Shown: in pieces, positions 16,476 through 28,138 of the stretch
How the letters are laid out: each line of letters begins with the position of its first letter
Numbering within the stretch: the stretch's first letter is position 1
From: Gemmatimonadota bacterium
Lineage (GTDB): Bacteria; Gemmatimonadota; Gemmatimonadetes; Gemmatimonadales; GWC2-71-9
NCBI GenBank assembly: GCA_003220955.1
Contig: QHTW01000075.1
Location: 1 to 38,216, forward strand
DNA length: 38,216 nt
Reading direction: 5' to 3'
The notes under the pieces: generated by a model
Databases searched by the model: none
What the model was told of the DNA's origin: nothing
The model's input: the letters and a program-made list of their open reading frames with translations, nothing else
Translations under genes and position numbers: made by a program

Positions 16476-17905
16476 CCGACACTCCCTTCCAAGCTGATTC
16501 CAAGCAGCCGAGTGGCTTCGACCGCGAATTCCATCGGCAGCTCTTTGAAGACTTCCTTGCAGAACCCGTTCACGATCATCGACACCGCGTCCTCGGACGA
16601 CAGCCCACGTTGGCGCAGGTAGAAGATCTGGTCCTCGCCGATTTTCGACGTCGACGCCTCGTGTTCCATGATCGCCGTGCTACTGCGCACGTCGATGTAC
16701 GGGAAGGTGTGCGCGCCGCACTTGTCGCCGATGAGCATCGAGTCACACTGCGAGTAGTTCCGCGCGCCCTCGGCGCCCTTCATGATCTTTACCAACCCTC
16801 GATACGTGTTCTGGCCGCGGCCCGCGGAAATCCCCTTCGAGACGATCGTCGAGCGCGTGTTCTTGCCGAGGTGAATCATCTTGGTCCCGGTGTCGGCCTG
16901 CTGCTTGTGACTCGTTACCGCCACCGAGTAGAACTCGCCGATGGAGTTGTCACCCTGGAGGATGCAGCCCGGATACTTCCACGTGATCGCCGACCCCGTC
17001 TCGACCTGGGTCCAGGAAATCTTCGAGTTGCGTCCGGCACACTTGCCGCGCTTCGTGACGAAGTTGTAGATCCCGCCTTTTCCTTCATCGTCGCCCGGAT
17101 ACCAGTTCTGGATCGTCGAGTACTTGATCTGCGCATTGTCCAGCGCGATGAGCTCGACGACCGCCGCGTGGAGCTGATTCTCGTCGCGCATGGGCGCCGA
17201 GCAACCCTCGAGGTAGCTGACATAGCTCCCCTCGTCGGCGATGATCAGCGTCCGCTCGAACTGGCCGGTCGATGACGCGTTGATGCGGAAATAGGTCGAG
17301 AGCTCGAGCGGGCACCGCACACCCTTCGGCACGTACACGAACGAGCCGTCGGTGAACACCGCGGTGTTGAGCGCCGCGAAGAAGTTGTCGTTGTGCGGCA
17401 CGACGGTGCCGAGGTACTTCTGCACGAGATCGGCATGCTCGCGGATCGCCTGTGAGATCGGCATGAAGATCACGCCGAACTTCGCGAGCTCCGCCTGGAA
17501 CGTCGTGGCGACCGAAACGCTGTCGAACACGGCGTCCACCGCGACGCCGGTCAGACGCTTCTGCTCCTCGATAGGGATCCCGAGCTTCTCGAAGGTCTGG
17601 ACGAGCTTCGGATCGACCTGCTCAAGCGAGTCGAGCTTGGGGCGCTGCTTGGGCGCGGCGTAGTAGCTGATCGCCTGATAGTCGATCGGGCCATACTTCA
17701 CGTTGGGCCAGTGCGGCTCGCTCATCTTGAGCCAGTTGCGGTAGGCCTTCAGGCGCCACTCCAGCATCCATGCCGGCTCGCCCTTTTTGGCCGAGATCAG
17801 CCGGATGACGTCCTCGTTCAAGCCGGCCGGCACGACCTCGGATTCGATGTCTGTGACGAAGCCGTACTTGTACGGTTGCTGGACGTGAGCTTCAATACTC
17901 GTCAT
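16472..17905 (-). CDS. sufB: Fe-S cluster assembly protein SufB
   Basis: 477 aa with a full-length SufB-like sequence (…TIQNWYPGD…AHTFPYIDV…[13 protein letters not shown]…). Confidence 0.95.
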   Translation of the reverse strand: MTSIEAHVQQPYKYGFVTDIESEVVPAGLNEDVIRLISAKKGEPAWMLEWRLKAYRNWLKMSEPHWPNVKYGPIDYQAISYYAAPKQRPKLDSLEQVDPKLVQTFEKLGIPIEEQKRLTGVAVDAVFDSVSVATTFQAELAKFGVIFMPISQAIREHADLVQKYLGTVVPHNDNFFAALNTAVFTDGSFVYVPKGVRCPLELSTYFRINASSTGQFERTLIIADEGSYVSYLEGCSAPMRDENQLHAAVVELIALDNAQIKYSTIQNWYPGDDEGKGGIYNFVTKRGKCAGRNSKISWTQVETGSAITWKYPGCILQGDNSIGEFYSVAVTSHKQQADTGTKMIHLGKNTRSTIVSKGISAGRGQNTYRGLVKIMKGAEGARNYSQCDSMLIGDKCGAHTFPYIDVRSSTAIMEHEASTSKIGEDQIFYLRQRGLSSEDAVSMIVNGFCKEVFKELPMEFAVEATRLLGISLEGSVG

Positions 17906-17967
17906 GCTGGCTCCGGAAGTCCTTAGCGGACATAAGCTTGGCAGTCAAATCGACTGTCCATTTGGGA

Positions 17968-17995
17968 ATCCTAATGGTTTTGTCGGGATTGTCAA
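17968..17995 (-). promoter_or_regulatory. Candidate suf operon promoter (TTGACA-16 nt-TAGGAT)
   Basis: Minus strand gTTGACAatcccgacaaaaccatTAGGATtcc, about 65 nt upstream of the sufB ATG. CAGTC-gattt-GACTG inverted repeat just downstream. Confidence 0.3.
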
Positions 17996-18000
17996 CCGAA

Positions 18001-18612
18001 CTAGTAAATGTCTCGATTCCACTCTCGAACCAGCCGTTCATAGTCGTCCGGCGTGTTCAGCTCATCGATGACCGCCGGATCGTCGACGGCGACGCTCACC
18101 ACGTCCTTTTTGTGCTTGTGCACGACAGCGCGAGCCCCCTCGCGTGTCGCCTCGGGGCTCTCCAATAGCTCCGCAAACAACGCCGATCCCCAGATCACCG
18201 GATGACCGCGACGCTCCGCGAACGTTGGAACGATGAGTTTTGCCCCGGTCCGGCGATGCGTTTCGAGGATTCGCTCGACGGTCGCGACGCGCACGTGTGG
18301 CAGGTCGACCGGCCAGACAAGCACGGCGCTCGGCTGGAGCGGCTGAAGGGCGCGGAGGGCGCCTCGGAGGGAGGCTATCGGGCCGGTCTCCGGCTCCGGA
18401 TTCTCCACGATGATGCAGTCATGGTCGGCCAAAACCGGTTGGATGCGCGGGGCATCCGGGCCAACCACCACGACACGAGTTTTCACCTCGAGCGCTTCCA
18501 ACGCTTGCAGGATCCGCACGACGAAAGGAAGGCCGAGGAAGTCCAGGAGGGCCTTAGGGGACCCCATTCGGGCCGACCGGCCAGCCGCCAGCACGACGCC
18601 CGCCATACTCAT
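18001..18612 (-). CDS. MobA/MocA-like nucleotidyltransferase (molybdenum cofactor cytidylyl/guanylyltransferase family)
   Basis: GVVLAAGRSARMGSPKALL N-terminal NTP-transferase motif. 203 aa. Confidence 0.8.
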   Translation of the reverse strand: MSMAGVVLAAGRSARMGSPKALLDFLGLPFVVRILQALEALEVKTRVVVVGPDAPRIQPVLADHDCIIVENPEPETGPIASLRGALRALQPLQPSAVLVWPVDLPHVRVATVERILETHRRTGAKLIVPTFAERRGHPVIWGSALFAELLESPEATREGARAVVHKHKKDVVSVAVDDPAVIDELNTPDDYERLVREWNRDIY

Positions 18613-18700
18613 AGGGGCTAAGAGACTACGCCGCTAAGTGGCGTTATCGCTAGAGGGTAGTTGCATGACGCGCCGAAAGGGGCAATTTTGGCGCGCCCAC

Positions 18701-19246
18701 ATGGCTGTGCGACGCATTCGCCAACTCGGCGACCCGATCCTACGGGTCCGCTGCACCCCGGTTGAAGACCCCAAGTCGCCGGCGGTGCGGCTCCTTTCGG
18801 ACGACCTCCGGGATACGCTGCGCGCCGCCCGCAAGAAGTACGAGATGGGTCGCGCTCTCGCCGCGCCACAGATCGGAGCGCCGGTGCGCGTGGTCCTCGT
18901 GGAGATCGGGAAGTTCCGCGCGACGATGATCAATCCCGAGATCACCGACGTGGGTGCCGAGGATTTTCATGTCTGGGACGACTGTTTCTCGTTTCCCAGT
19001 CTGCTCGTGCGGGTCAATCGCGCCTTTCGCGCGACCCTGCGCTACACAGACATGAAGGGGAAGATCGTGATGATGGACCTCGAGGGGCCGATGGCGGAGC
19101 TGTTGCAACACGAGCTGGACCATCTCGACGGGATTCTCGCGATTGACCAGCCCAGCGGGCTGGATCCTTTCGCCTACCGGGCCGAATGGGAAAAGAATCA
19201 CAAGCCGACGGAGCGCTACGGACCGCCACGCCCGCGCGAAGTCTGA
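18701..19246 (+). CDS. def: Peptide deformylase (divergent motif 2)
   Basis: MAVRRIRQLGDPILR start. Motif 1 GRALAAPQIG and motif 3 QHELDHLDG are present. Motif 2 reads DDCFSFP instead of EGCLS. Track ORF trimmed from 18638. Confidence 0.8.
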   Translation: MAVRRIRQLGDPILRVRCTPVEDPKSPAVRLLSDDLRDTLRAARKKYEMGRALAAPQIGAPVRVVLVEIGKFRATMINPEITDVGAEDFHVWDDCFSFPSLLVRVNRAFRATLRYTDMKGKIVMMDLEGPMAELLQHELDHLDGILAIDQPSGLDPFAYRAEWEKNHKPTERYGPPRPREV

Positions 19247-19249
19247 CCC

Positions 19250-19269
19250 CTAGACGTCGAGACGTCTAG
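19250..19269. repeat. Solo copy of the palindromic repeat core CTAGACGT-CGAG-ACGTCTAG
   Basis: 8-bp arms with a 4-nt centre, 3 nt after the def stop and upstream of the TPP riboswitch. Confidence 0.7.
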
Positions 19270-19279
19270 GTTACATTCC

Positions 19280-20717
<1,438 letters not shown>

Positions 20718-20722
20718 CGCCC

Positions 20723-23668
20723 TCAGGGTCCGCGCTTCACGAAAAACTCGTACGCGGTCTTGCCCACGCCGAAGCCTTGCTGGCCGAACACGTGCGCGCG
20801 TATGACGAACGTGCCGCTCGTAGGTACTGTGAACGAGCCTGGCGATCCAAACGTTGATCCAAAGAACGCCGCGTTGCTTCCGATCAATGCTCCCCCAGGG
20901 GTGCTCGGGTCGATGACCTCGAGCACAACGGCGCTGTCGAGGGGGGACTGCGCCAGCAGCCGGACAAATGGCGTCAGCACCTCGCCCGGGGTTCCCGAAG
21001 ACGTGAACTCGTCGATGTCTCCGACGGGATCAATGGTCTCACCGCGTACCGTATCACCGACGGTGTAAGCGGCCGGGTTGTTCTCGGGAGCACGATTGAC
21101 GGGCACGACGTGGAATCCATACGGGCCCACGAAGCTGAAGCCGCTACACATGGGGTCAAAACAAACGGCAGATAACCCTCGGGGTTCGCCCACGACAATC
21201 TTGAACTGCCCCCCGGGAGGCACACGGAACGGCCCCGCGATCCGGTGAAATTGGGCGGGCTGTTCCGCCAATGTGTCGAACGTGACTGGATCCAACACCC
21301 CCACGCGGATGAATGGGCCAACGTATCCATCACGGCCGTCGACAACGACGCTCACGTCCTGGCCCGGCGGTCCCGTCACTGTGAACTCATCAATGTCACC
21401 CAGAACATCGATTGGTTCAGTGGTCACCGAATCACCGATTCCCAATGCGGCGCTCACATGCTCCGGCCCCGGGTCAATGGGCTGCACTGTAAAACGGTAG
21501 GGACCACGCTCACTAAACGCCCCCGTGTAGCCGGCAACCTCAACGGTGTACCAACCGGTGGCAGGCAGGTCGACACGCCCCGACTGCCGGTCCTGCAAGG
21601 CGTTTGTCGAGGTCGGAGCGAACATGACCACACCGTGATCGCTGAAGCCCGGCGGCGGGGTCACCCAAAACTGAAAAGCACCTGAGGAAGGAGTGCTGAG
21701 TCCCTGGACCATGATATTTACGTGCTGGTCGCGGACACCATAGAAGTGGAACCGATCCGCGTCACCCCAGGGCTCGATCGCTTCGCCGGAGACGGTATCA
21801 CCGATTGCAAACGTATCGGACACCACCTCAGGCCCGAAACCGAAGCGATAGAACCACAAGCGGTAGGGGCCTCGCAAGATGGACCGATCGAGCGGCTGGC
21901 TGCCATCAACGCGAACGACGTAAGTGCCGGGCGCCACGCGCATGCGTCCCATTGCCGCGCGACCGGCGGCGTACGTGGTTGACGTCCCGATGATACGGCG
22001 CGTCGCGGAATCGACGAGCTGCACCGTGAGCACACCCTCCGGGGGATTGTCGAGCGCGAAGGCAAGGTTGGCACCGCTCGAATCGGTCACTCTTACAAAG
22101 AATTCGTCAACGTCGCCGGGGAGGTCGATCGCCTCGCCGCTCAGACTGTCGCCGAAGCCGAGGGTGCTCGGAATGGACTCCGGCCGCGGATCGACCCGGT
22201 ACAGAAACAGCCGATACCCGCCGCGGTAGTCCGGGATGGTAAAGGGCTTCAAGCCTGTGACGCGGAGGCGGTATGTGCCTGTGAAGGGAAGCCTAAATCT
22301 ACCGGTTGGTAGGCGGATAAGACTTGTGTCTGTGCCCTTGCTCTCGACGGCTGCCAACAGTCTCCCAGCCGGGTCAAGTACTTCGAGCCGTGCGGACGAC
22401 TCCGGCAGCCCGTTCTGCGCCTGCAGAAACACGTCGTATTCATCGCCCACTGCGCCCGTGAACGTAAACTCGTCGACGTCGCCCGGAAACCCGATGTCTT
22501 CTCCGATGACCGTATCGCCGCCGGCAATTGTGGAAGGCACGTGCTCTGGTCGCGGGTCGATGGCGTACAGGTATAGCCGATAGGCGCCGGTGTCCGCCAC
22601 TTGGCTCGGCTTCGTGGCGGTCACTCGGAGGACATACGTCCCGCCGTTTGTGACGTGGAAGCGGTTCGTTGCGTGCGCGAACAGGGCCGTGTCGCCTGGT
22701 TCGCTCGAACCGATCGCGAGCGTGGCACCGCCCTGGGGTGCCACTTCCACCTGAAAGGTGGGTGAGCTGCCCTGCACGAAGGCGTTGTAGTCCGCGCCCG
22801 CCGTCGCCTGAAACGTGAACTCATCGACATCACCGGCCCGATCGATCCGCTCGTTCGCGATCTCCCGGTCGAACGGAATCGAGGGGGCGCCATGCTCCGG
22901 CTGTGGATTCACGACGTAGGTCCAGAAGCGGTAGGGACCGCGGTAGCGGGGATAGATGTTGCCGCTGACCGAACTGGCTGTGAACTGATAATCACCCGAC
23001 GACGGAAGGCGCATGCGTCCAGTCGTTAGTGAGGTCGCGGTTCCTGCGTCCGCAAAGACGTAGCCCAGAAATGTCTTCGTAGTGGGATCCACCACGTTCA
23101 GGGCGACCGATCCCGATCCCACAGGGCCCGGTGTCTCCGCGACCGCGACGATCTGCTCTCCCGCGTTCCCGTGCGCGATGAACTGATCTATATCCACGCG
23201 CGGTTCGATGGTCTCGCCAGCGACCGTGTCCCCAAATGTGAATGAAACGGGCACGTGCTCCGGCGCTTGGTTGATTTGGTAGATCCTGAAACGATAGCGA
23301 CCCAGACTGTCCGGTGGGGACACGCGTACTCCCACACGATAGACCGTACGCGTTTGCGTCCCGAACGTGGCGCTCGGATTGTCATCCAAAGGCGGACCCC
23401 CGGCGCCGGCGGTGAGCACCGGACCATTGAAGAAGGGGTGTATGGAGTCTTGGACTGAAAGAAAAACGCGCCCCCGCAACGCCTCGAGGAATACCGCGCT
23501 GAACGAGTACCATTTGATCGAGCCGGTTACGACTGAATCCTGGATGACAAGACCGATCGGCACCCGCTCGCCTTCGCCGTGCGGCTCGAACGGCGAGCTC
23601 TCACAGCCGGCGAGCATTGTCGCGAGCGCTAGGGCGACCGCGAGGCGTATGGTCATCGCGTGGGGCAC
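20723..23668 (-). CDS. Large lipoprotein built from ~8 tandem ~120-aa PPC-like (pre-peptidase C-terminal type) repeats
   Basis: Lipobox ATMLAGC near the N-terminus. Repeat boundaries fall at PEH/PES/PEV/PEN (aa 136, 257, 374, 496, 613, 735, 861). Each unit carries GDTVxGExI...GD(V/I)DEFTF...GxYxxxV...GPYR(F/L). No catalytic domain recognised. Confidence 0.8.
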   Translation of the reverse strand: MPHAMTIRLAVALALATMLAGCESSPFEPHGEGERVPIGLVIQDSVVTGSIKWYSFSAVFLEALRGRVFLSVQDSIHPFFNGPVLTAGAGGPPLDDNPSATFGTQTRTVYRVGVRVSPPDSLGRYRFRIYQINQAPEHVPVSFTFGDTVAGETIEPRVDIDQFIAHGNAGEQIVAVAETPGPVGSGSVALNVVDPTTKTFLGYVFADAGTATSLTTGRMRLPSSGDYQFTASSVSGNIYPRYRGPYRFWTYVVNPQPEHGAPSIPFDREIANERIDRAGDVDEFTFQATAGADYNAFVQGSSPTFQVEVAPQGGATLAIGSSEPGDTALFAHATNRFHVTNGGTYVLRVTATKPSQVADTGAYRLYLYAIDPRPEHVPSTIAGGDTVIGEDIGFPGDVDEFTFTGAVGDEYDVFLQAQNGLPESSARLEVLDPAGRLLAAVESKGTDTSLIRLPTGRFRLPFTGTYRLRVTGLKPFTIPDYRGGYRLFLYRVDPRPESIPSTLGFGDSLSGEAIDLPGDVDEFFVRVTDSSGANLAFALDNPPEGVLTVQLVDSATRRIIGTSTTYAAGRAAMGRMRVAPGTYVVRVDGSQPLDRSILRGPYRLWFYRFGFGPEVVSDTFAIGDTVSGEAIEPWGDADRFHFYGVRDQHVNIMVQGLSTPSSGAFQFWVTPPPGFSDHGVVMFAPTSTNALQDRQSGRVDLPATGWYTVEVAGYTGAFSERGPYRFTVQPIDPGPEHVSAALGIGDSVTTEPIDVLGDIDEFTVTGPPGQDVSVVVDGRDGYVGPFIRVGVLDPVTFDTLAEQPAQFHRIAGPFRVPPGGQFKIVVGEPRGLSAVCFDPMCSGFSFVGPYGFHVVPVNRAPENNPAAYTVGDTVRGETIDPVGDIDEFTSSGTPGEVLTPFVRLLAQSPLDSAVVLEVIDPSTPGGALIGSNAAFFGSTFGSPGSFTVPTSGTFVIRAHVFGQQGFGVGKTAYEFFVKRGP

Positions 23669-23720
23669 ATAGTGGACTGATACATTGCCGGTGCTTGCCG
23701 AGCCATGAATTTACTTGCGA

Positions 23721-25571
23721 TCACCAAGCGATCCCGTAATCCTCCCCATGATTCGACGAGCCGCCCCATAACGAGCCGTGCTTCCAGTCGAAAAAGATTG
23801 CGTTGATGGGCCCGGACGTCCTGTCGTCGAACTCAAGTTTGTACCCCATCGCCCGCAGCTCCTGCCGAGTCCATGCGGGTGTGTCATCACGCAGTGTCAA
23901 CCGACCGGGTTCGGTCTTGTGCTCGCCAAATGAGTTGCGCATCTGATAACTCGTGATGTTTGCCGCTTCGACGGCCTGCTGCACGTTCATGCCGAACTCG
24001 ACGACATTCAGAAAGAATTGCAGCAGGTTCTGATCCTGGGTGTCGCCGCCCTGCACCGCAAATGCCAGGAACGGCTTGCCGCCCTTCATCGCCAGACTCG
24101 GCGTCAACGTCACGCGCGGACGCTTGCCTGGGACGATCACGTTGAACGGATTGTCGGCGCTGTCGACGACGAATTGCTGCGCGCGCTGGCTCACCCCGAT
24201 GCCGGTATGACCCGCGATCATCGCCGGAATCCAGCCGCCTGACGGTGTCACCGAAACCACCCAACCCGACGTGTCCGCCGCTTCAATCGATGTCGTCCCG
24301 CGCCGGAAGGCCTCGTTGAAGGCGGCGAGCGCCGCCGCGTCATCGCCCCCTTCGGACGTCGTCACCGGCCGAGGAGACCAGCGCTGCAGGAGCGGTAAAT
24401 AGGGATTGGTGCCACCCTGAAAAGGATACGGATCGCCCGGTTTGATGTCCGGATCGTTGCGGTCGGGATTGATCAGCTTGGCGCGCTCGCGCGCATACTC
24501 CTTCGACAGCAGTCCCCGGATCGGCTCCTCCGGCGGAAATGCAGGATCGCCGTAGTAGAAGTCGCGATCGGCAAATGCCAGGTTCATCGTCTGATACAAC
24601 GTATGGATGTAGCGCGTGCTGTTATAGCCCATGGCCTTCAGATCGAACCCTTCGAGGATGTTGAGCGCCTGCAGCATGGCGGGCCCTTGCGACCATTGCT
24701 GCAGTTTGTAGACCTCGATGCCGCGATACGTCGTCATGAGCGGCTCTTCGATCTTGACGCGCCAGCTCGCGAGATCGGCGAGCGTGACGAGGCCACCTTC
24801 CTCCTGCACTCCGCGCACAAATTCTTGTGCGATATCGCCGCGATAGAATCGATCGTAGGCGGCCATGATCGCGTCATGCCGGTTCTTGCCGCGCCGCAGC
24901 GCCTGTTGCTCGGCTTCAACCAGCTTCCGGAGCGTCGCGGCGAGATCGGGTTGGCGGAAGATTTCACCCCCTTCGGGTGCTTCGCGCGCTTCCCCCGCAT
25001 GCGGCAGCATGACCGCGCGCGAATAGCGCCACTGCTTGAGCCAGCGCTTGTTGCGCTCGATCGAATTCGCTGTCTCGTCTTCTATCGGATAGCCCTCGGC
25101 CATGCTGATCGCGGGCTCCAACACTTCGCGAAGACTCAGCTTGCCATACTCGGCGAGCATCACCATGAGTCCGCCAGGCGTGCCGGGCGTGATCGCGGCG
25201 AGTGGCCCATACTCGGGCGGGAAGCGCATCCCCTTGGAACGGTAGAAGTCGGCCGTCGCGCCAGTCGGCGCAACGCCGAGGGCGTTGATAGCGATGACTT
25301 TCCTGGTGTGGGGATTGTAGATCAGGGCCTGCGTCTCGCCGCCCCAGGAGAGCACGTCCCACATCGTGGTGACCGCGGCGAGCATCGCGCACGTGGCGTC
25401 CACCGCGTTGCCGCCCTTTTGGAACATCATGGCGCCTGCTTCGGCGCCGAGTGGCTTGCCGGTGATCGCGACCCAGTGGCGGCCGTGCAAGGCCGGCTTC
25501 TGAGTGCGCTGCGCCACAAGCGTGGTCGGAAGAACGAGGAGAGCGAGCAGCAGGCAGCGACGGACGGCCAT
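23721..25571 (-). CDS. ggt: Gamma-glutamyltransferase family protein (secreted)
   Basis: Signal peptide, N-terminal GGNAVDA motif, autoprocessing/nucleophile region GTTSIEAADTSG. Confidence 0.9.
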   Translation of the reverse strand: MAVRRCLLLALLVLPTTLVAQRTQKPALHGRHWVAITGKPLGAEAGAMMFQKGGNAVDATCAMLAAVTTMWDVLSWGGETQALIYNPHTRKVIAINALGVAPTGATADFYRSKGMRFPPEYGPLAAITPGTPGGLMVMLAEYGKLSLREVLEPAISMAEGYPIEDETANSIERNKRWLKQWRYSRAVMLPHAGEAREAPEGGEIFRQPDLAATLRKLVEAEQQALRRGKNRHDAIMAAYDRFYRGDIAQEFVRGVQEEGGLVTLADLASWRVKIEEPLMTTYRGIEVYKLQQWSQGPAMLQALNILEGFDLKAMGYNSTRYIHTLYQTMNLAFADRDFYYGDPAFPPEEPIRGLLSKEYARERAKLINPDRNDPDIKPGDPYPFQGGTNPYLPLLQRWSPRPVTTSEGGDDAAALAAFNEAFRRGTTSIEAADTSGWVVSVTPSGGWIPAMIAGHTGIGVSQRAQQFVVDSADNPFNVIVPGKRPRVTLTPSLAMKGGKPFLAFAVQGGDTQDQNLLQFFLNVVEFGMNVQQAVEAANITSYQMRNSFGEHKTEPGRLTLRDDTPAWTRQELRAMGYKLEFDDRTSGPINAIFFDWKHGSLWGGSSNHGEDYGIAW

Positions 25572-25622
25572 CGGTGCTCCAAGAGAGGATCGGCTGGAAG
25601 GTACCGAAGTCGGACCGCCCGC

Positions 25623-26876
25623 TCAATCCAGCCGTCGTTCGGCGGAGCGCGCGTGACCCTCGAGCCCTTCGACCCTCCCGAACCACGCGGCGTCTTCGAC
25701 GAGTGGACGCGCGGCCGCGGAGTCGTCGATGCGCAGCCACGTGCGTACTCGCAGAAACGTGTAAACCGATAGGCCGCCCTTCGACCGCGCAGTGCCCGCG
25801 GTCGGAAGCACGTGATTGGGACCGGCACCGTAGTCCCCCAGCACCTCTGCCGATCCGCTGCCGATGAACAGCGCGCCGTAATTTCCAAGTAGCGGCGCGA
25901 CGGCGGCCGAGTCCTGGAGGCAGAGCTCCAGGTGCTCGGGCGCAAGCGCATCGCATGCCGAGATGCCTTCCTCTACACTCGCGACCACCACAACACCGCC
26001 ATTCGCGAGCGCCGCCCGAGCGACCTCGGCGCTGGGCAAGTTGCCAAGCTGGCGAGCGAGCTCCTTGTCGACGCAATCGGGCTGTGCAGGATCGAGCGTG
26101 ACGAGCACGGGCAGCGCGTCGGGGTCGTGCTCCGCCTGCGCGAGCAGATCAGCCGCAATCACTGCAGGAGAGGCGGTGGAGTCGGCGAAAACAACCAGCT
26201 CCGACGGGCCCGCGAGCATATCGATTGCAACGCGCCCCGCGACGAGCTGTTTCGCCGCCGTGACGTAGCGATTTCCGGGTCCCGCAATCACGTCACAAGG
26301 AGGAACCGGGCCCGCGCCGAACGCGAGCGCCGCAATTGCCTGCGCGCCGCCCGCCGCGAGGAGACCGTCGGCGCCGGCGATGGCCGCGGCGGCGAGCGTC
26401 ATCGGTCCCGGCTTGGGGCTCGTGACCCAGATCTCCTTCACGCCCGCCGCCCGCGCCGTCACCGCCGTCATCAGCACCGACGAGGGCAGTGGATAGCGCC
26501 CGCCGGGCGCGTAACAGCCAGCGCGCTCCAGCGGTGCGATCCAATGACCCGCCGCTCCACCAGGCACCGTGACGGTCACCGCATTCAACGCGCGCTTCTG
26601 CGCCTCGGCGAATGTCAGGATTCGCGCAGCGACGCGCTCGAGTCGCGTGCGGTCGCCGGCGGCCAAGCCATCGAGCGCCCGCGCAAGCTCGGCTCGATCC
26701 AAAAACAACGGTCCTCCGGCGGGCACGTCGCCGTGCCGCTCGGCGTGCTCCCGTAGCGCGCTCTCGCCGCGCGCGCGCACTGCGTCGACGATCGGCGCGG
26801 CGACCGCCAAGGCCTCGGCCGGCACACCGGCCGTGCGACGACGCACGAGTTCGGCAACGGAACGACGGTTCAGCAC
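25623..26876 (-). CDS. hisD: Histidinol dehydrogenase
   Basis: 417 aa; ...AGPSE...DLLAQAEHD...GDYGAGPNHVLPT... motifs. GTG start overlaps the upstream gene by 7 nt. Confidence 0.95.
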   Translation of the reverse strand: MLNRRSVAELVRRRTAGVPAEALAVAAPIVDAVRARGESALREHAERHGDVPAGGPLFLDRAELARALDGLAAGDRTRLERVAARILTFAEAQKRALNAVTVTVPGGAAGHWIAPLERAGCYAPGGRYPLPSSVLMTAVTARAAGVKEIWVTSPKPGPMTLAAAAIAGADGLLAAGGAQAIAALAFGAGPVPPCDVIAGPGNRYVTAAKQLVAGRVAIDMLAGPSELVVFADSTASPAVIAADLLAQAEHDPDALPVLVTLDPAQPDCVDKELARQLGNLPSAEVARAALANGGVVVVASVEEGISACDALAPEHLELCLQDSAAVAPLLGNYGALFIGSGSAEVLGDYGAGPNHVLPTAGTARSKGGLSVYTFLRVRTWLRIDDSAAARPLVEDAAWFGRVEGLEGHARSAERRLD

Positions 26877-28138
26877 GCGGAGGTCTTTCTGACCATCGGC
26901 CGCCGATTCACGGCCCCGTGACGACGGGCCAACTCCGCACGAACGTCGGCCAGCGTTCCGCCGCCGCGCGCCAACGCGACGAGTGCCATGTACAACACGT
27001 CGGCCGTCTCCCGCACCACATCTCCGGTCGACTCAGCCCGCGCGAGCTCGTCCGCTTCTTCGCGAAGCTTCGCCGCAAGCAGCGCTCGATCGGTCAGCAG
27101 CCGCGTGGTTCCGGAGCCCGTGACGGGCCGGGCCGCCCGGTCCGCGAGCGTCCGTTCGAGATCGAACAGATCGAACTCCGACGGCCAGCACGAGCGGCGA
27201 TTCAGGTGACAGAACCCGGCGCCCACCTGGCGCACGGTGAAACGCAGCGCATCGCGATCGCAGTCGAGGTCCACGCGCACGAGGGTCTGCGCGTTTCCCG
27301 AAGTCGCGCCTTTTTCCCAAATCGCCTGGCGCGAGCGCGACCAGTAGATCCCGCGCCGCTCAGCCACCGCGCGCGCGAGCGACTCCCGCGAACTCCAGAC
27401 GAGACCGAGTGTGCGGCTCGCGTCGTCGCACACCACGGTCGGCCACACGTCGCCTGGCAACGGCTTCGTGAGCGGCGCGGCGACCGCGTCGCCAAGCGAT
27501 AGCGTGCCGGTGTAGAGCGCCATGCCGACCTGGGCATCGGCGCCAATGCGATCGAGCTCGGCCACTTCGCCCGCAGTGGTGATACCACCCGCGGCCGTCA
27601 CGCGGGCGCCTGCCGCGGCGCGCACTACTGACTCCACGGCGGCACCGTCGTAGCCCAGCATTTCCCCCTCGTTCTCCACCTGAGTGAAGAGGAACCCACC
27701 GACAACGGGCGCAAGCTCGCCGACGCGCTCGAGCACCGGGACACCGGTCGTCCGGCGCCAACCGTCCACTACGATCTCGCCGCGTTTGGCATCCACGGCT
27801 GCGACAACGCGCTCCCGCGGCAAGGCGCCGCAGAACTCCGGCGTCGCTGCTGTGCCGATCACGATCTGGACGGCGCCGTCGTCGAGCCAGCGGCGCGCGC
27901 TGTCGAGATCGCGGATGCCTCCGCCCACGCGACACGGCGCGCGGCGGACGAGATCCCGGATCACGTCGGCGTTCGAGCCCCGGCCAAGTGCGGCGTCCAA
28001 ATCGACGACGGCCACCTCACCCGCGATTGCGAACTCCTCCAACCGCTCGACGGGATCGCCGCCGTCGAGGACGAATTCCTTGCCGCGCCGCAACTGCACC
28101 GCGCGTCCGCCCATGATGTCGATGCTCGGTACGATCAT
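26870..28138 (-). CDS. hisA-hisIE: Fusion protein HisA-like ProFAR isomerase + PR-AMP cyclohydrolase (HisI) + PR-ATP pyrophosphatase (HisE)
   Basis: 422 aa from [16 protein letters not shown].
- aa 1-~222: HisA/His6-type TIM barrel.
- aa ~228-322: [20 protein letters not shown]...LDCDRDAL...CHLNRRSCW (HisI).
- aa ~325-410: GSGTTRLL...KLREEADEL...[11 protein letters not shown] (HisE).
Track ORF trimmed. ATGA overlap with hisHF. Confidence 0.85.
   Translation of the reverse strand: MIVPSIDIMGGRAVQLRRGKEFVLDGGDPVERLEEFAIAGEVAVVDLDAALGRGSNADVIRDLVRRAPCRVGGGIRDLDSARRWLDDGAVQIVIGTAATPEFCGALPRERVVAAVDAKRGEIVVDGWRRTTGVPVLERVGELAPVVGGFLFTQVENEGEMLGYDGAAVESVVRAAAGARVTAAGGITTAGEVAELDRIGADAQVGMALYTGTLSLGDAVAAPLTKPLPGDVWPTVVCDDASRTLGLVWSSRESLARAVAERRGIYWSRSRQAIWEKGATSGNAQTLVRVDLDCDRDALRFTVRQVGAGFCHLNRRSCWPSEFDLFDLERTLADRAARPVTGSGTTRLLTDRALLAAKLREEADELARAESTGDVVRETADVLYMALVALARGGGTLADVRAELARRHGAVNRRPMVRKTSAC

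Noticed and set aside
18640-18700. Hairpin CGCGCC-N15-GGCGCG and two upstream in-frame Met codons before def, considered as a regulatory element or a longer Def.
   Set aside because: The stem is short with a large loop. The Def family N-terminus (MAVRRIRQLGDPIL) begins at 18701, and the upstream residues have no family support.
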